Origin: Enterococcus phage vB_EfaS_159
Sequence record: CAJDKF010000002.1
Length of the DNA: 40,000 nucleotides
Reading direction: 5' to 3' (one strand)
This document shows positions 1 through 8,164 of this stretch, one piece after another. Below the pieces are notes generated by a model. The model was given only the letters and a program-made list of their open reading frames with translations, had not been told where the DNA came from and searched no databases. Position numbers and translations under genes: made by a program. Numbering within the stretch: the stretch's first letter is position 1; every line of letters begins with the position of its first letter.

Positions 1-130
1 TAAAAAACGATTCAAAACTGGTTTCTTTTCAATAATATCAAACGTTTCACGCATTGTTTCATAATCTCACTAATACGAATTTCTTCCCTCATAAACAGCA
101 CAAAAGCTGGTTTCTCAAACAACAGTTTTT

Positions 131-140
131 GTGCTATAAT
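131..140 (+). promoter_or_regulatory. extended -10 promoter (TGCTATAAT) upstream of the first small ORF
   Basis: gtgcTATAAT at 135-140 preceded by TGn; no good -35 box; downstream ORF at 194 with an AGGAGG SD. Confidence 0.5.
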
Positions 141-193
141 ATTGTTAGGGACTTTTCTTTTAAACTAAAATGTAACGCAAAGGAGGTTGACGA

Positions 194-367
194 ATGCCAG
201 CACCAAAACCTATTATGGTAAAAGATTTGCGAACACAGCAAACAAGAGCTTTCAAATCGCAAACAGAAGCAGACAAATTTTATGGTAAAAAACCAGGTTA
301 CTTCAAAGACATCAAAACTAAACTAGGTGGTAAGAATCGCCACTATGAAATTATTGAAGTTGTATAA
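194..367 (+). CDS. small hypothetical protein (57 aa) upstream of the small terminase gene
   Basis: MPAPKPIMVKDLRTQQTRAFKSQTEADKFYGKKPGYFKDIKTKLGGKNRHYEIIEVV; SD aaaggaggt upstream; absent from the supplied ORF track because of its size. Confidence 0.6.
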   Translation: MPAPKPIMVKDLRTQQTRAFKSQTEADKFYGKKPGYFKDIKTKLGGKNRHYEIIEVV

Positions 368-381
368 GGAGGTGAAAAATA

Positions 382-858
382 ATGGGTAGACCAAGAAAGT
401 TAATCAATGCCCAAGTTGGCAACCTTACACAAGAGCAACAACACCAACGCAAAAAGGAAGAAGAAAAGTTATATAACTACGAGAAGTTAGACTTTTCATA
501 TTATCCAGCTGGATTGTTGCAACAAGCCTACCACGAGTGGGAACGTATTTCACACTTTATTGGTGACCTACCAATTTCAGAACTTGACCAACAAGCAATG
601 GTTAGGTATTGCAATTATAGTTACCTATATTCAGAAATGGCTGAACAAGTTGCATATGAAGGACCTTTGACAGAAGACGGAAAGCTAAACCCTAAAGTAA
701 CGGCTATGAACTCTTACTCAAAGGAACTAAAAAGCGCAACAAATGACTTAGGTTTAACTATCAATTCAAGATTAAAACTGGTAGCACCAAAAGAAGTTGA
801 AGATGAATCAAAAGACCCATTAGGTCAATTGCTTAAAATGCGCGCACAAGGTTATTAA
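382..858 (+). CDS. phage terminase small subunit, P27-like
   Basis: MGRPRK N-terminus, typical length and position directly before the large terminase gene. Confidence 0.8.
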   Translation: MGRPRKLINAQVGNLTQEQQHQRKKEEEKLYNYEKLDFSYYPAGLLQQAYHEWERISHFIGDLPISELDQQAMVRYCNYSYLYSEMAEQVAYEGPLTEDGKLNPKVTAMNSYSKELKSATNDLGLTINSRLKLVAPKEVEDESKDPLGQLLKMRAQGY

Positions 859-871
859 TTTGTGTTATAAT
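843..871 (+). promoter_or_regulatory. late-type promoter P1: CGCACA-N17-TATAAT with extended TG
   Basis: CGCACA 843-848, TGT 863-865, TATAAT 866-871. Confidence 0.6.
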
Positions 872-877
872 GTATTT

Positions 878-1309
878 ATGGAAAACGCCTTCCAGATGAT
901 TTGTAGGTTTAGAATTGTATTGAGGTTTACAATTCAGGAGTAACTTTTGGGCAGAAGTTACTGACATGTTAGTGGGCTTGGGTTGCAGCTCACTCCAGCC
1001 TAGGGGCTTAACTAAGTAAAAAATAATACTAGGAGTAGCAACTACTATGCTTAACAGTGGCGCAACCATAGGTGTGAAAACCTAATTAGAAGGGCTATCA
1101 TGAGATGGGTAGCAATCAACACAAAAAGGCACGCTCTTACCGCCTTAACCAAGTGAGCAAAACTCTATTAAGTGTTGTGAGGTAGTCCGTATGTGGAAGG
1201 TCCGCCAACCACATAGCAACACTTAATCATTTAAGAAGGGTTGCAGTGCGACCAATTGACTTAGACTAGTTATCGCCTTATGGGAATAACTACCTAAGTC
1301 TTTTTATTT
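878..1309 (+). ncRNA. candidate large structured non-coding RNA between terS and terL
   Basis: No credible + strand ORF; own promoter at 843-871; hairpins 912-935, 939-962, 1034-1046, 1167-1177/1217-1227 (11 bp) enclosing 1190-1196/1209-1215 (7 bp); intrinsic terminator 1258-1309. Confidence 0.65.
1258..1308 (+). terminator. intrinsic terminator T1: GACTTAG..TAGTTAT..ATAACTA..CTAAGTC + T tract
   Basis: Stem of two 7-bp helices separated by a small internal loop, then TTTTTATTT. Confidence 0.8.
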
Positions 1310-1310
1310 A

Positions 1311-1339
1311 CACACAGAAACTATTTTTTATGTTATAAT
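1311..1339 (+). promoter_or_regulatory. late-type promoter P2: CACACA-N17-TATAAT with extended TG
   Basis: CACACA 1311-1316, TGT 1331-1333, TATAAT 1334-1339. Confidence 0.55.
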
Positions 1340-1345
1340 GTATAT

Positions 1346-1427
1346 AACGAGATTAAGTTTCAATCATGTTGACTTAGGTAAGTTTGTTATCCCCTTTGGA
1401 TAAACTCATGACCTAAGTCTTTTTATT
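1346..1427 (+). ncRNA. candidate small RNA of about 80 nt ending in terminator T2
   Basis: Lies between promoter P2 and terminator 1371-1427 with no ORF. Confidence 0.4.
1371..1427 (+). terminator. intrinsic terminator T2: GACTTAGGT..ACCTAAGTC + T tract
   Basis: 9-bp outer stem, inner GTTTgTTATCC/GGATAAAC pairing, then TTTTTATTT; 18 nt identical to the 3' side of T1. Confidence 0.8.
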
Positions 1428-1429
1428 TG

Positions 1430-1438
1430 TGCTATAAT
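1430..1438 (+). promoter_or_regulatory. extended -10 promoter (TGCTATAAT) directly upstream of the large terminase gene
   Basis: TGC 1430-1432, TATAAT 1433-1438, SD AGGAGG 1446-1451. Confidence 0.5.
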
Positions 1439-1458
1439 AGAAATAAGGAGGTATACAT

Positions 1459-3186
1459 ATGACTAATATAGATTATGTTCAAGAATATATTGACTATATA
1501 CGAATTAACAATATACCAATAGGTAATAAAATCAAGCAAGCAATTAGACGACATGAAAAGGACCTAGAAAAATCAAAAGACCCAGCTTATCCATACTATT
1601 ACGACCCAAGCGAAACATATGAACCAGTCGCATTTATTGAAATGTTACCAGACCCAAAAAGTAAAAAGACAAATAAACTAGCTAAGTTCCAGAAGTTTAT
1701 TGTAGCATTAATCTATGGTTGGCGCAAAAAGAGTAATAAAATGCGTAGATTCAGAAAAGTATATATCAGTTTAGCACGTAAAAATGGTAAATCAATTCTT
1801 GTTGCTGGTATTTCATTATATGAGTTTATCTTAGGACAATATCCAAAAGCTTCAAGACAGATTGTAGCTGGCGCAAACACTAAAGAACAAGCTGGTATTG
1901 TATTCCGTATGTTAAAATCACAGCTGAAAGCATTGAGAAATTCAAGTGATAGTGTGCGTAAAATTACTAAGGTAAACAAGTATGACATTGAACATTTAGA
2001 AGATGAATCAACTGTTAAACCTTTAGCAAGTGACGCAGATAGTTTAGACGGACTAGACGTACTTTGCGGTGTATTAGATGAATACGGAGAAGCAAAAAGC
2101 ACAGCATTAATTGAGGTATTAGAAAGTTCACAGTCACAACAACCACAAGGTTTAATTTTGATTATTAGTACAACAACTAAAAATCTTAATGGACCAATGC
2201 ACAGCATAGAATATCCATTTATAACTAAGCTATTAAATGAAGAGGTTGAAGCAGATGCATACCTTGCTTTATGTTGGGAAATGGATAGTATCAGCGAAGT
2301 TGACGACCAAGCCAATTGGATAAAATCAAACCCACTGTTTGAGAATACTCAATTGTATGAAACCATGTATGAACATAAGGTTAATTCATTGGCAGAGTAT
2401 AAAGCAAAAGGTGACATGAGTGGTTGGCTAACTAAAGAAATGAACTTCTGGGTACAAGCTTCACAAGATAGTTTCATGGATAAAGAAAGCTGGGACGCAA
2501 TCAAAGCAACAAAAGAATATGATATTAGAAAACGTCCTGTATTTATTGGAATGGACTTATCACGTACAAAAGATATAACAGCTGTTAGCTGGATTATACC
2601 AATTGCAGAAGAAGAGAAGCTACTCGTAAATACACATGGTTTCATTTCATCAATTGGAGGTATTGAAAAGAAAATTCAAGAGGACAAAATACCATATCGC
2701 CAATATGAGAATGAAGGTATCGTTTCAATTAGTAAGTTAGAATCAGGATTGATTGACCATGCGGACATGTGCGACTGGATAGTTGATTTTGTTGAAACAT
2801 ATGACTTGGACCTACAAGGTATTTTCTATGATGGTCACCAAGCGTCACAATCAGTCTTGCGATTAGCGGAAGTTTTCGGTGAACGTTATCTAATTGAAGT
2901 ACCACAACGCATACAGTATTTAAACGCACCCACGAAGTATCTAAGGGACGCAATATACAAAGGTGATATAATACATCAAAACAACCCACTACTCAATACA
3001 GCGATATATAATGCGTATATGAAAGAGTTTGCGGACAACATAGCAATTGAAAAGAAAATGAATCGTAACAAGATTGATTCATTGGACGCTTTAATAAATG
3101 CAATGAGTGAAGCAATGTATTATGACTTTGGATATTCAAGTTTTGAAAACATGTTAGAGCAAGGCACATTCGGCTTTGGTGTTTAA
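1459..3186 (+). CDS. terL: phage terminase large subunit
   Basis: Walker A-like SLARKNGKS, downstream GVLDEYGE Walker B-like motif, C-terminal nuclease-like D residues, genomic position. Confidence 0.93.
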   Translation: MTNIDYVQEYIDYIRINNIPIGNKIKQAIRRHEKDLEKSKDPAYPYYYDPSETYEPVAFIEMLPDPKSKKTNKLAKFQKFIVALIYGWRKKSNKMRRFRKVYISLARKNGKSILVAGISLYEFILGQYPKASRQIVAGANTKEQAGIVFRMLKSQLKALRNSSDSVRKITKVNKYDIEHLEDESTVKPLASDADSLDGLDVLCGVLDEYGEAKSTALIEVLESSQSQQPQGLILIISTTTKNLNGPMHSIEYPFITKLLNEEVEADAYLALCWEMDSISEVDDQANWIKSNPLFENTQLYETMYEHKVNSLAEYKAKGDMSGWLTKEMNFWVQASQDSFMDKESWDAIKATKEYDIRKRPVFIGMDLSRTKDITAVSWIIPIAEEEKLLVNTHGFISSIGGIEKKIQEDKIPYRQYENEGIVSISKLESGLIDHADMCDWIVDFVETYDLDLQGIFYDGHQASQSVLRLAEVFGERYLIEVPQRIQYLNAPTKYLRDAIYKGDIIHQNNPLLNTAIYNAYMKEFADNIAIEKKMNRNKIDSLDALINAMSEAMYYDFGYSSFENMLEQGTFGFGV

Positions 3187-3192
3187 GTAACA

Positions 3193-3221
3193 CCCACAAG
3201 GTAAGGGATATATGATATATT
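3193..3221 (+). promoter_or_regulatory. late-type promoter P4: CCCACA-N17-TATATT with extended TG
   Basis: CCCACA 3193-3198, TGA 3213-3215, TATATT 3216-3221. Confidence 0.55.
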
Positions 3222-3541
3222 ATAGAAGTACTAGAGATAGTAACAAAAACAGACAGATAGAAAGGAAGATTCAAATGTTATTACAAATTAACAAGGTAGT
3301 AAAGGAATTACCAGAAGGAGAACCGTGTGCCGCGTTGGTAGATTATGTAGATGGGATTACACATACTCAACAATTTACAGATGGTATCAAATGTTTCAAG
3401 AAAGATGGTACTCAAATTTTAGTGGTACGAAAAAATACGTTTGAAATTGAGATTGAAAACCTTGATAATTATGAAGGTTTTAAAGTTTATGCTGTATATC
3501 TATTAAATGATGAAGGTAAAACATTACGTAAATTAGCATAA
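3212..3541 (+). CDS. hypothetical protein (actual start may be internal)
   Basis: Open frame ending at a terminator; 5' end overlaps the promoter so a downstream start is likely. Confidence 0.55.
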   Translation: MIYYRSTRDSNKNRQIERKIQMLLQINKVVKELPEGEPCAALVDYVDGITHTQQFTDGIKCFKKDGTQILVVRKNTFEIEIENLDNYEGFKVYAVYLLNDEGKTLRKLA

Positions 3542-3544
3542 ATT

Positions 3545-3574
3545 AAAAGAGTGGCTAAACACCACTCTTTTTTT
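3545..3574 (+). terminator. intrinsic terminator AAAAGAGTGG..CCACTCTTTTTTT
   Basis: Stem of about 10 bp plus T tract. Confidence 0.8.
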
Positions 3575-3615
3575 ATATGTTTTGTGTTAAAATAAGGTGT
3601 ATAGGAGGGTTTAAT

Positions 3616-3780
3616 ATGAAAAATCCAGTAATTTATGTAGTGCTATTTTACGTTTTAGGAGTATTAGCACTTGTAACAAGCATGTTTTTTGTTAGTATCG
3701 TAGCTGGTTTAGTAGCATTAGGAGTATCATTATTAGTACCAGCAGTAGTATTATACCTAGAATTGAAAGAAGGTGAATAG
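3616..3780 (+). CDS. small two-TM membrane protein, DUF1056-like by position and composition
   Basis: MKNPVIYVVLFYVLGVLALVTSMFFVSIVAGLVALGVSLLVPAVVLYLELKEGE; SD taggaggg upstream. Confidence 0.6.
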   Translation: MKNPVIYVVLFYVLGVLALVTSMFFVSIVAGLVALGVSLLVPAVVLYLELKEGE

Positions 3781-3784
3781 TTAA

Positions 3785-4963
3785 ATGGGCGTATTTATTG
3801 CACCACAGACTAGCGCAGAGAAGAATTTCATTGATTATATTGAAAGCGGAATGGATAACTTAGGATATTTGACAGGTGAACGAGCATTACAAAATTCAGA
3901 CGTGTTCACAGGTGTAAATATCATTGGTGGTGATATTGGTAAATCACTATTCAGAAAAGTTCCAGATGAACACGCAGACCAAAGTTTTTTACAACTAATC
4001 AACAAGCGACCACATGAAAAACAAAGTCATTATACATTCATGTATGCAACAGTTGCACAGCTAATTCTTTATGGTAACTCATACGCAATCATTCACAGAG
4101 AAAAAGAGAATGATTATAACTCACCAATTAAGTCATTAGAGTTTGTAACAGCAGACCAAGTGAACCTAATTCAAGATATGACAACAGGTGAATGGCGCTA
4201 TGATGTAACGTTAGATTATGGCAACCACATGTTACGGTGTGAACCACGTGACATCTTACACTTTAGAATTTCAGTTGTAGATGGTTTCATTGGTCGCAGT
4301 CCTTTATTGTCTTTACGTGACGAAATCGGAATGCAAACAAACGGCAACAAGATTTTATCCAAGTTCTTTGCAAACGGTGTTTTCGGTGGCGGAATCTTAA
4401 AACTTAAAAAAGGTTATGTAGACAACGCAACCAAAAAGAAAATTCGTGAAGATTTTGAAAGAGCTAATGGCGGAAGTACAAACAGTAATGGTGTTATCGT
4501 TTTAGATGAAGCAACAGACTTCACAGAGTACAAAATGAACACTGATATTTTGAAATTGATTCAATCAAATAAATTCAGTACGCAACAAATTGCAAAGGTT
4601 TTAGGTATTCCATTAAACCGCTTTGGTATGGAATTAGTAAACTCAACTGATAGCGGACAAAATGACATCTACATTGCTTCAACAATTAGTCAATATGAAT
4701 CCGCAATTTGTGACGAAATCGCAATTAAAACAGGTAATGTTTTAGAAATGGACTTTTCAAGTCTAATGAACGATACATTAGATGACAGACGCAAACAATT
4801 ATTTAGTGGAAAAGCAAGTAAAGAGCTACTATCAACTATCAAAGAAAACGAAGTTCGTGCATATTATGGGTATGAACCTTTAGAAGATGGCGAAACAACA
4901 GTTAAAACAGAGAGTGAAGAAAAGGAAGTGTACGAGAATGAAACAGACGCAACTGGAAATTAG
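3785..4963 (+). CDS. phage portal protein, HK97 family
   Basis: Portal-like motifs (SPLLSLRDEIG, KVLGIPLNRFG, ENEVRAYYGYEPLEDG) and position. Confidence 0.93.
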   Translation: MGVFIAPQTSAEKNFIDYIESGMDNLGYLTGERALQNSDVFTGVNIIGGDIGKSLFRKVPDEHADQSFLQLINKRPHEKQSHYTFMYATVAQLILYGNSYAIIHREKENDYNSPIKSLEFVTADQVNLIQDMTTGEWRYDVTLDYGNHMLRCEPRDILHFRISVVDGFIGRSPLLSLRDEIGMQTNGNKILSKFFANGVFGGGILKLKKGYVDNATKKKIREDFERANGGSTNSNGVIVLDEATDFTEYKMNTDILKLIQSNKFSTQQIAKVLGIPLNRFGMELVNSTDSGQNDIYIASTISQYESAICDEIAIKTGNVLEMDFSSLMNDTLDDRRKQLFSGKASKELLSTIKENEVRAYYGYEPLEDGETTVKTESEEKEVYENETDATGN

Positions 4964-5492
4964 ACAACTGCAAGAGTTCATAAACGACAACAATATTGTT
5001 GAAGGTTACGCATTAAAATTCAATACACCATCAAAAGACCTAGGTGGTTTTATTGAGACTATTGACGCAAGAGCATTAGACGGTGTTGATATGGAAGATG
5101 TAAAATTATTTTTAAACCATGATTCAGGCAACTTACTTGGAAGAACAAAGAGTGGTACACTTCAATTATCAGTTGATGAAGTAGGTTTGAAATTCCGTTG
5201 TGAGTTACCAAATACAACACTTGGAAATGATGTTATGGAACTTGTAAAACGTGGTGACCTTAGTCAATGTTCATTTGGCTTTACGGTTGCGGAAGATGAG
5301 TGGGAACGGAGAGACGGTAAACCAGTTAGAACTATCAAAAAAATCAATACACTAGCTGAAATATCACTGGTTTCAATCCCAGCATACGACGACACAGATG
5401 TTGCAGTGGCTAAACGCTCACTTGAAAACATGGAAGTAAACGAAATGGAAAAACGCAAACTAGAATTACAGTTACGACTAGCAACCTTGTAA
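4938..5492 (+). CDS. prohead protease, HK97/U35 family
   Basis: VEGYALKFNTPS, FLNHDSGNLLGRTKSGTL, CSFGFTV, ISLVSIPAYDDTDV. Confidence 0.92.
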   Translation: MKQTQLEIRQLQEFINDNNIVEGYALKFNTPSKDLGGFIETIDARALDGVDMEDVKLFLNHDSGNLLGRTKSGTLQLSVDEVGLKFRCELPNTTLGNDVMELVKRGDLSQCSFGFTVAEDEWERRDGKPVRTIKKINTLAEISLVSIPAYDDTDVAVAKRSLENMEVNEMEKRKLELQLRLATL

Positions 5493-5500
5493 GAGTAACG

Positions 5501-5529
5501 CCCACAACTCACCTTGTTCATGATATACT
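5501..5529 (+). promoter_or_regulatory. late-type promoter P5: CCCACA-N17-TATACT with extended TG, before the capsid gene
   Basis: CCCACA 5501-5506, TGA 5521-5523, TATACT 5524-5529. Confidence 0.6.
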
Positions 5530-5568
5530 ATCTTTAGTAAGAAAATAATATGTAAAGGAGTTTACAGC

Positions 5569-6789
5569 ATGAATAAGGCAGAGTTAGAAGCGCAAGCAAA
5601 ATCTTTGTTGGCAGAAGGTAAACTTGACGAAGCTAAAAAAGTTATTGAACAGTTAGAAGCTTTGAAAGATGAAACACCAGCTGAAAACAAAGAACGTGCA
5701 AAAGATAAAGCAGAAGCACCTAAAGACGAGGTCAAAAAGGAAGAACCTAAAGAAGAACCTAAAGAAGAACCAAAGGACGAAGTCAAAGACGAACCAAAGG
5801 AAGAACCAAAGAAAGAAAAACGTTCACTAGAGAACGCAAAAGGAGAAGATATTGACATGGAGAAAGTAAAAATCAATGGTAAAGAGTTAGCAGAGGCAGT
5901 AACAGAACAACGTGCCTTTTTAGACTACGTAACTTCAAAATCAACTAGCGTAAAATCATTTAACGAAACACGTGCGGTTGGTGACGGACAAGTTAAATCA
6001 ACAGACGCAGAAGCAATTATTCCAGAAGATATTATCACAAAAGCACGTAAATTACCAGAAACAGTTGTTGACTTACGTAATAAAGTGAATAGTATCAAAG
6101 TAAAAACTTCTGGCGGTAAATACCCAATCTTGAAATCAACTACTGCAAAAATGGTGACAGTTGAAGAGTTGGCAAAAAACCCAGCATTGGCAAAACCTGA
6201 ATTTGAAGAAGTACCTTACAACGTATCAACTTACCGTGGTCAAATTGTTGTATCACAAGAATCATTAGATGATTCCGCGGACGACTTAGCTGGAATTATT
6301 GCTGATTCAGTACAACGTCAAGGCTTAAACACAACTAACTTTGTTTTAGCTAACTTGTTAAAAACAGCTACAGCAGTAACAGCTAAATCATTAGATGATA
6401 TCAAAACTCAAATCAACACTGGTTTCGACCCAGCTTACGGTTTAGAATTAATTGTTACTCAATCATTCTACAACGCAGTTGACATCATGAAAGACGGTGA
6501 AGGTCGTTACTTATTACAAACTGACATTACAGCACAGTCTGGTAAATCATTGTTTGGTGTTCCAGTAACAGTGTTGAAAGATGAAATGTTAGGTAACAAA
6601 GGTGATAAAGTGGCATTCTTAGGCGACCCAGTAGCATTTGCAACATTCTTCAATCGTGCTGAAACTACTGCTCGTTGGATTGACCACGAAATTTACGGTC
6701 AATACTTAGCAATCTTCATGCGTTTTGATGCTAAAGTAGTAGACAAAAACGCTGGTAAATTCATTACATTAACACCACAATTGCCCTAG
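5569..6789 (+). CDS. major capsid protein, HK97 family, with acidic/lysine-rich N-terminal scaffolding-like region
   Basis: HK97 capsid signature and position after protease; 406 aa; ends TTG CCC TAG. Confidence 0.93.
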   Translation: MNKAELEAQAKSLLAEGKLDEAKKVIEQLEALKDETPAENKERAKDKAEAPKDEVKKEEPKEEPKEEPKDEVKDEPKEEPKKEKRSLENAKGEDIDMEKVKINGKELAEAVTEQRAFLDYVTSKSTSVKSFNETRAVGDGQVKSTDAEAIIPEDIITKARKLPETVVDLRNKVNSIKVKTSGGKYPILKSTTAKMVTVEELAKNPALAKPEFEEVPYNVSTYRGQIVVSQESLDDSADDLAGIIADSVQRQGLNTTNFVLANLLKTATAVTAKSLDDIKTQINTGFDPAYGLELIVTQSFYNAVDIMKDGEGRYLLQTDITAQSGKSLFGVPVTVLKDEMLGNKGDKVAFLGDPVAFATFFNRAETTARWIDHEIYGQYLAIFMRFDAKVVDKNAGKFITLTPQLP

Positions 6790-6852
6790 TACACCACCTG
6801 TGGTAGGACAGGTGACACCAGCAGATACAAGTGTATCAATTGAATTGAGTTA
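6778..6852 (+). repeat. copy 1 of a 75-nt repeat that encodes the +1 frame C-terminal extension
   Basis: 73/75 identical to 9160-9234. Confidence 0.95.
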
Positions 6853-6853
6853 A
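6785..6853 (+). other. +1 frame extension of the major capsid protein (STPPVVGQVTPADTSVSIELS*)
   Basis: CCC (6784-6786) to CCT (6785-6787) slip, then AGT at 6788 and open to TAA at 6851-6853; long form would be 427 aa. Confidence 0.8.
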
Positions 6854-6858
6854 ACACT

Positions 6859-6889
6859 AAGAGGTGGGGCATTCGCCTTACCTCTTTTT
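6859..6889 (+). terminator. intrinsic terminator AAGAGGTGGGGC-ATTC-GCCTTACCTCTTTTT
   Basis: 12-bp stem (two G-U pairs), T tract. Confidence 0.85.
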
Positions 6890-6914
6890 AAAATATAAAA
6901 GGAGAGTGTAAATT

Positions 6915-7118
6915 ATGGCTAAAGTATTTAACGTATACAAGAAAACAGGTGAAAAGATTGTGACTGAACAACCGTCACCAGTAAAAATCACAGGTTTAAC
7001 AGCAGAAACACTATATAGCAAAGGTGATTTTCAAGTAACAGCAATTGAAGATGGTAAGCCAGAATCTAGCAAAGTAGATGTACCACAATTCACTACAACT
7101 GCAGCAGCTGGAAAATAA
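6915..7118 (+). CDS. small head-associated protein (67 aa)
   Basis: MAKVFNVYKKTGEKIVTEQPSPVKITGLTAETLY...; Fn3/Ig-like strand pattern; located between capsid and connector genes. Confidence 0.6.
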   Translation: MAKVFNVYKKTGEKIVTEQPSPVKITGLTAETLYSKGDFQVTAIEDGKPESSKVDVPQFTTTAAAGK

Positions 7119-7140
7119 AAAGAGGGCTAAGCCCTCTTTT
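7119..7140 (+). terminator. intrinsic terminator AAAGAGGGC-TAA-GCCCTCTTTT
   Basis: 9-bp perfect stem right after the stop codon. Confidence 0.85.
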
Positions 7141-7153
7141 TAACTAAGGAGGT

Positions 7154-7453
7154 ATGATAATGTTAACATTAGAAGAGGTAAAAAACAATTTACGTTTAGA
7201 CTATGATTCAGACGATGTTTATATTCAGACGTTAATTGATACAAGCTCAATGTTTATCTTAGGTGCTATTGAGGTTAAAACAGTTCCAAATGATGTACGC
7301 TTTAAGACTTGCCAGTTCATGTTGGTTTCTCTTTGGTATGAAAACCGTGTTCCAGCAACCAGCGCACTTCAACAAGATGTACCGTTCACTATTCAGGCAT
7401 TTATTTGGCAACTAAGGGGGTTATCTGATGGCGATACCAACACAACATCTTAA
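7154..7453 (+). CDS. head-tail connector / DNA packaging protein (gp6-like)
   Basis: LTLEEVKNNLRLDYDSDDVYIQTLIDTS signature. Confidence 0.85.
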   Translation: MIMLTLEEVKNNLRLDYDSDDVYIQTLIDTSSMFILGAIEVKTVPNDVRFKTCQFMLVSLWYENRVPATSALQQDVPFTIQAFIWQLRGLSDGDTNTTS

Positions 7454-7760
7454 TCAAAAAATCACTATTCAAGAGAAAACCACAGATAAAAACGATAAAT
7501 TTGAATGGGTAACAACGTGGGTTGACAAAGCAAGTATATGGTGTAGCGTAAAACAGCAGTATTTTAGAGATTTTAAAGAGACATATGGTACTGCATTAGA
7601 AGATACAACTAATTTTGTTGTGCGTTATGAACAGCGTTTCCAATTACAAAATGATATGCGTGTTGTATATAAAGGTGTTAACTATGAAATAGTATCCATT
7701 TTAGAAGGTAGCTATGACCGTGACTTCACAACATTAGTATGTAAGAGGGTTAAGAAATGA
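7428..7760 (+). CDS. head closure / head-tail adaptor protein
   Basis: LNQKITIQEKTTDKNDKFEWVTTWVDKASIWCSVK signature and position. Confidence 0.85.
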   Translation: MAIPTQHLNQKITIQEKTTDKNDKFEWVTTWVDKASIWCSVKQQYFRDFKETYGTALEDTTNFVVRYEQRFQLQNDMRVVYKGVNYEIVSILEGSYDRDFTTLVCKRVKK

Positions 7761-8164
7761 GTAAACAGAATTATGCTGATTTTTCAGACGCATACAACGC
7801 ACTTATAAAGATTGGTAAAAACGCAGATACCATCACAGCAAAAGCACTGAATAAAGCTGGAGAAATAGGAGAGCAAGAACTTGCTAAACGCACACCATAT
7901 TGGAACGGTAAAAAGTATAGTAGAAAAGACCAGATGTACAAGCGTGAACATATGCAGAAAAATACAGCAATGACAAAAGCAAGCAAAGGTAAACACGAAG
8001 TGTTGATTGGGTATAATGACCAAGTTTCGTGGAGGGTTCACTTCACAGAATTAGGAACAATGACACAAAGACCACAACATTTCATTGAAAAGACTATCAA
8101 AGAGGTTCAAGACGAAATAGAAAAGGTAATTATAAAAGCAATGGAGGAGGCGTTTCTAAAATGA
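7757..8164 (+). CDS. HK97 gp10-like tail completion protein
   Basis: Position and ALNKAGEIGEQELAKRTPYWNGKK...VLIGYNDQVSWRVHFTELGTMTQRPQHFIEKT. Confidence 0.85.
   Translation: MSKQNYADFSDAYNALIKIGKNADTITAKALNKAGEIGEQELAKRTPYWNGKKYSRKDQMYKREHMQKNTAMTKASKGKHEVLIGYNDQVSWRVHFTELGTMTQRPQHFIEKTIKEVQDEIEKVIIKAMEEAFLK

Noticed and set aside
1-130. Partial ORF or further regulatory repeat at the left edge (AAAACTGGTTTCTT / AAAAGCTGGTTTCTC)
   Set aside because: Two short similar strings only, and the region is truncated by the window; a cos site or upstream gene cannot be judged from this sequence.
833-1069. 78-aa reverse-strand ORF overlapping the terS-terL gap
   Set aside because: It runs opposite to the late operon, overlaps the terS 3' end and promoter P1, has no good SD, and the region is better explained as structured RNA.
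878-1309. Group I intron or tRNA-like element in the terS-terL gap
   Set aside because: No convincing intron core (P/Q/R/S) motif, the flanking ORFs are complete on each side, and no TTCRANNC arm with acceptor stem was found.
6787-6842. Simple TAG stop readthrough as the source of the capsid/tail extension
   Set aside because: The 0-frame after TAG is open for 17 codons, but the internal difference between copies is non-synonymous there (Thr/Ala) and synonymous in +1. The 0-frame product is also Cys/Arg rich and ends before the repeat's end, while the +1 stops coincide with it.
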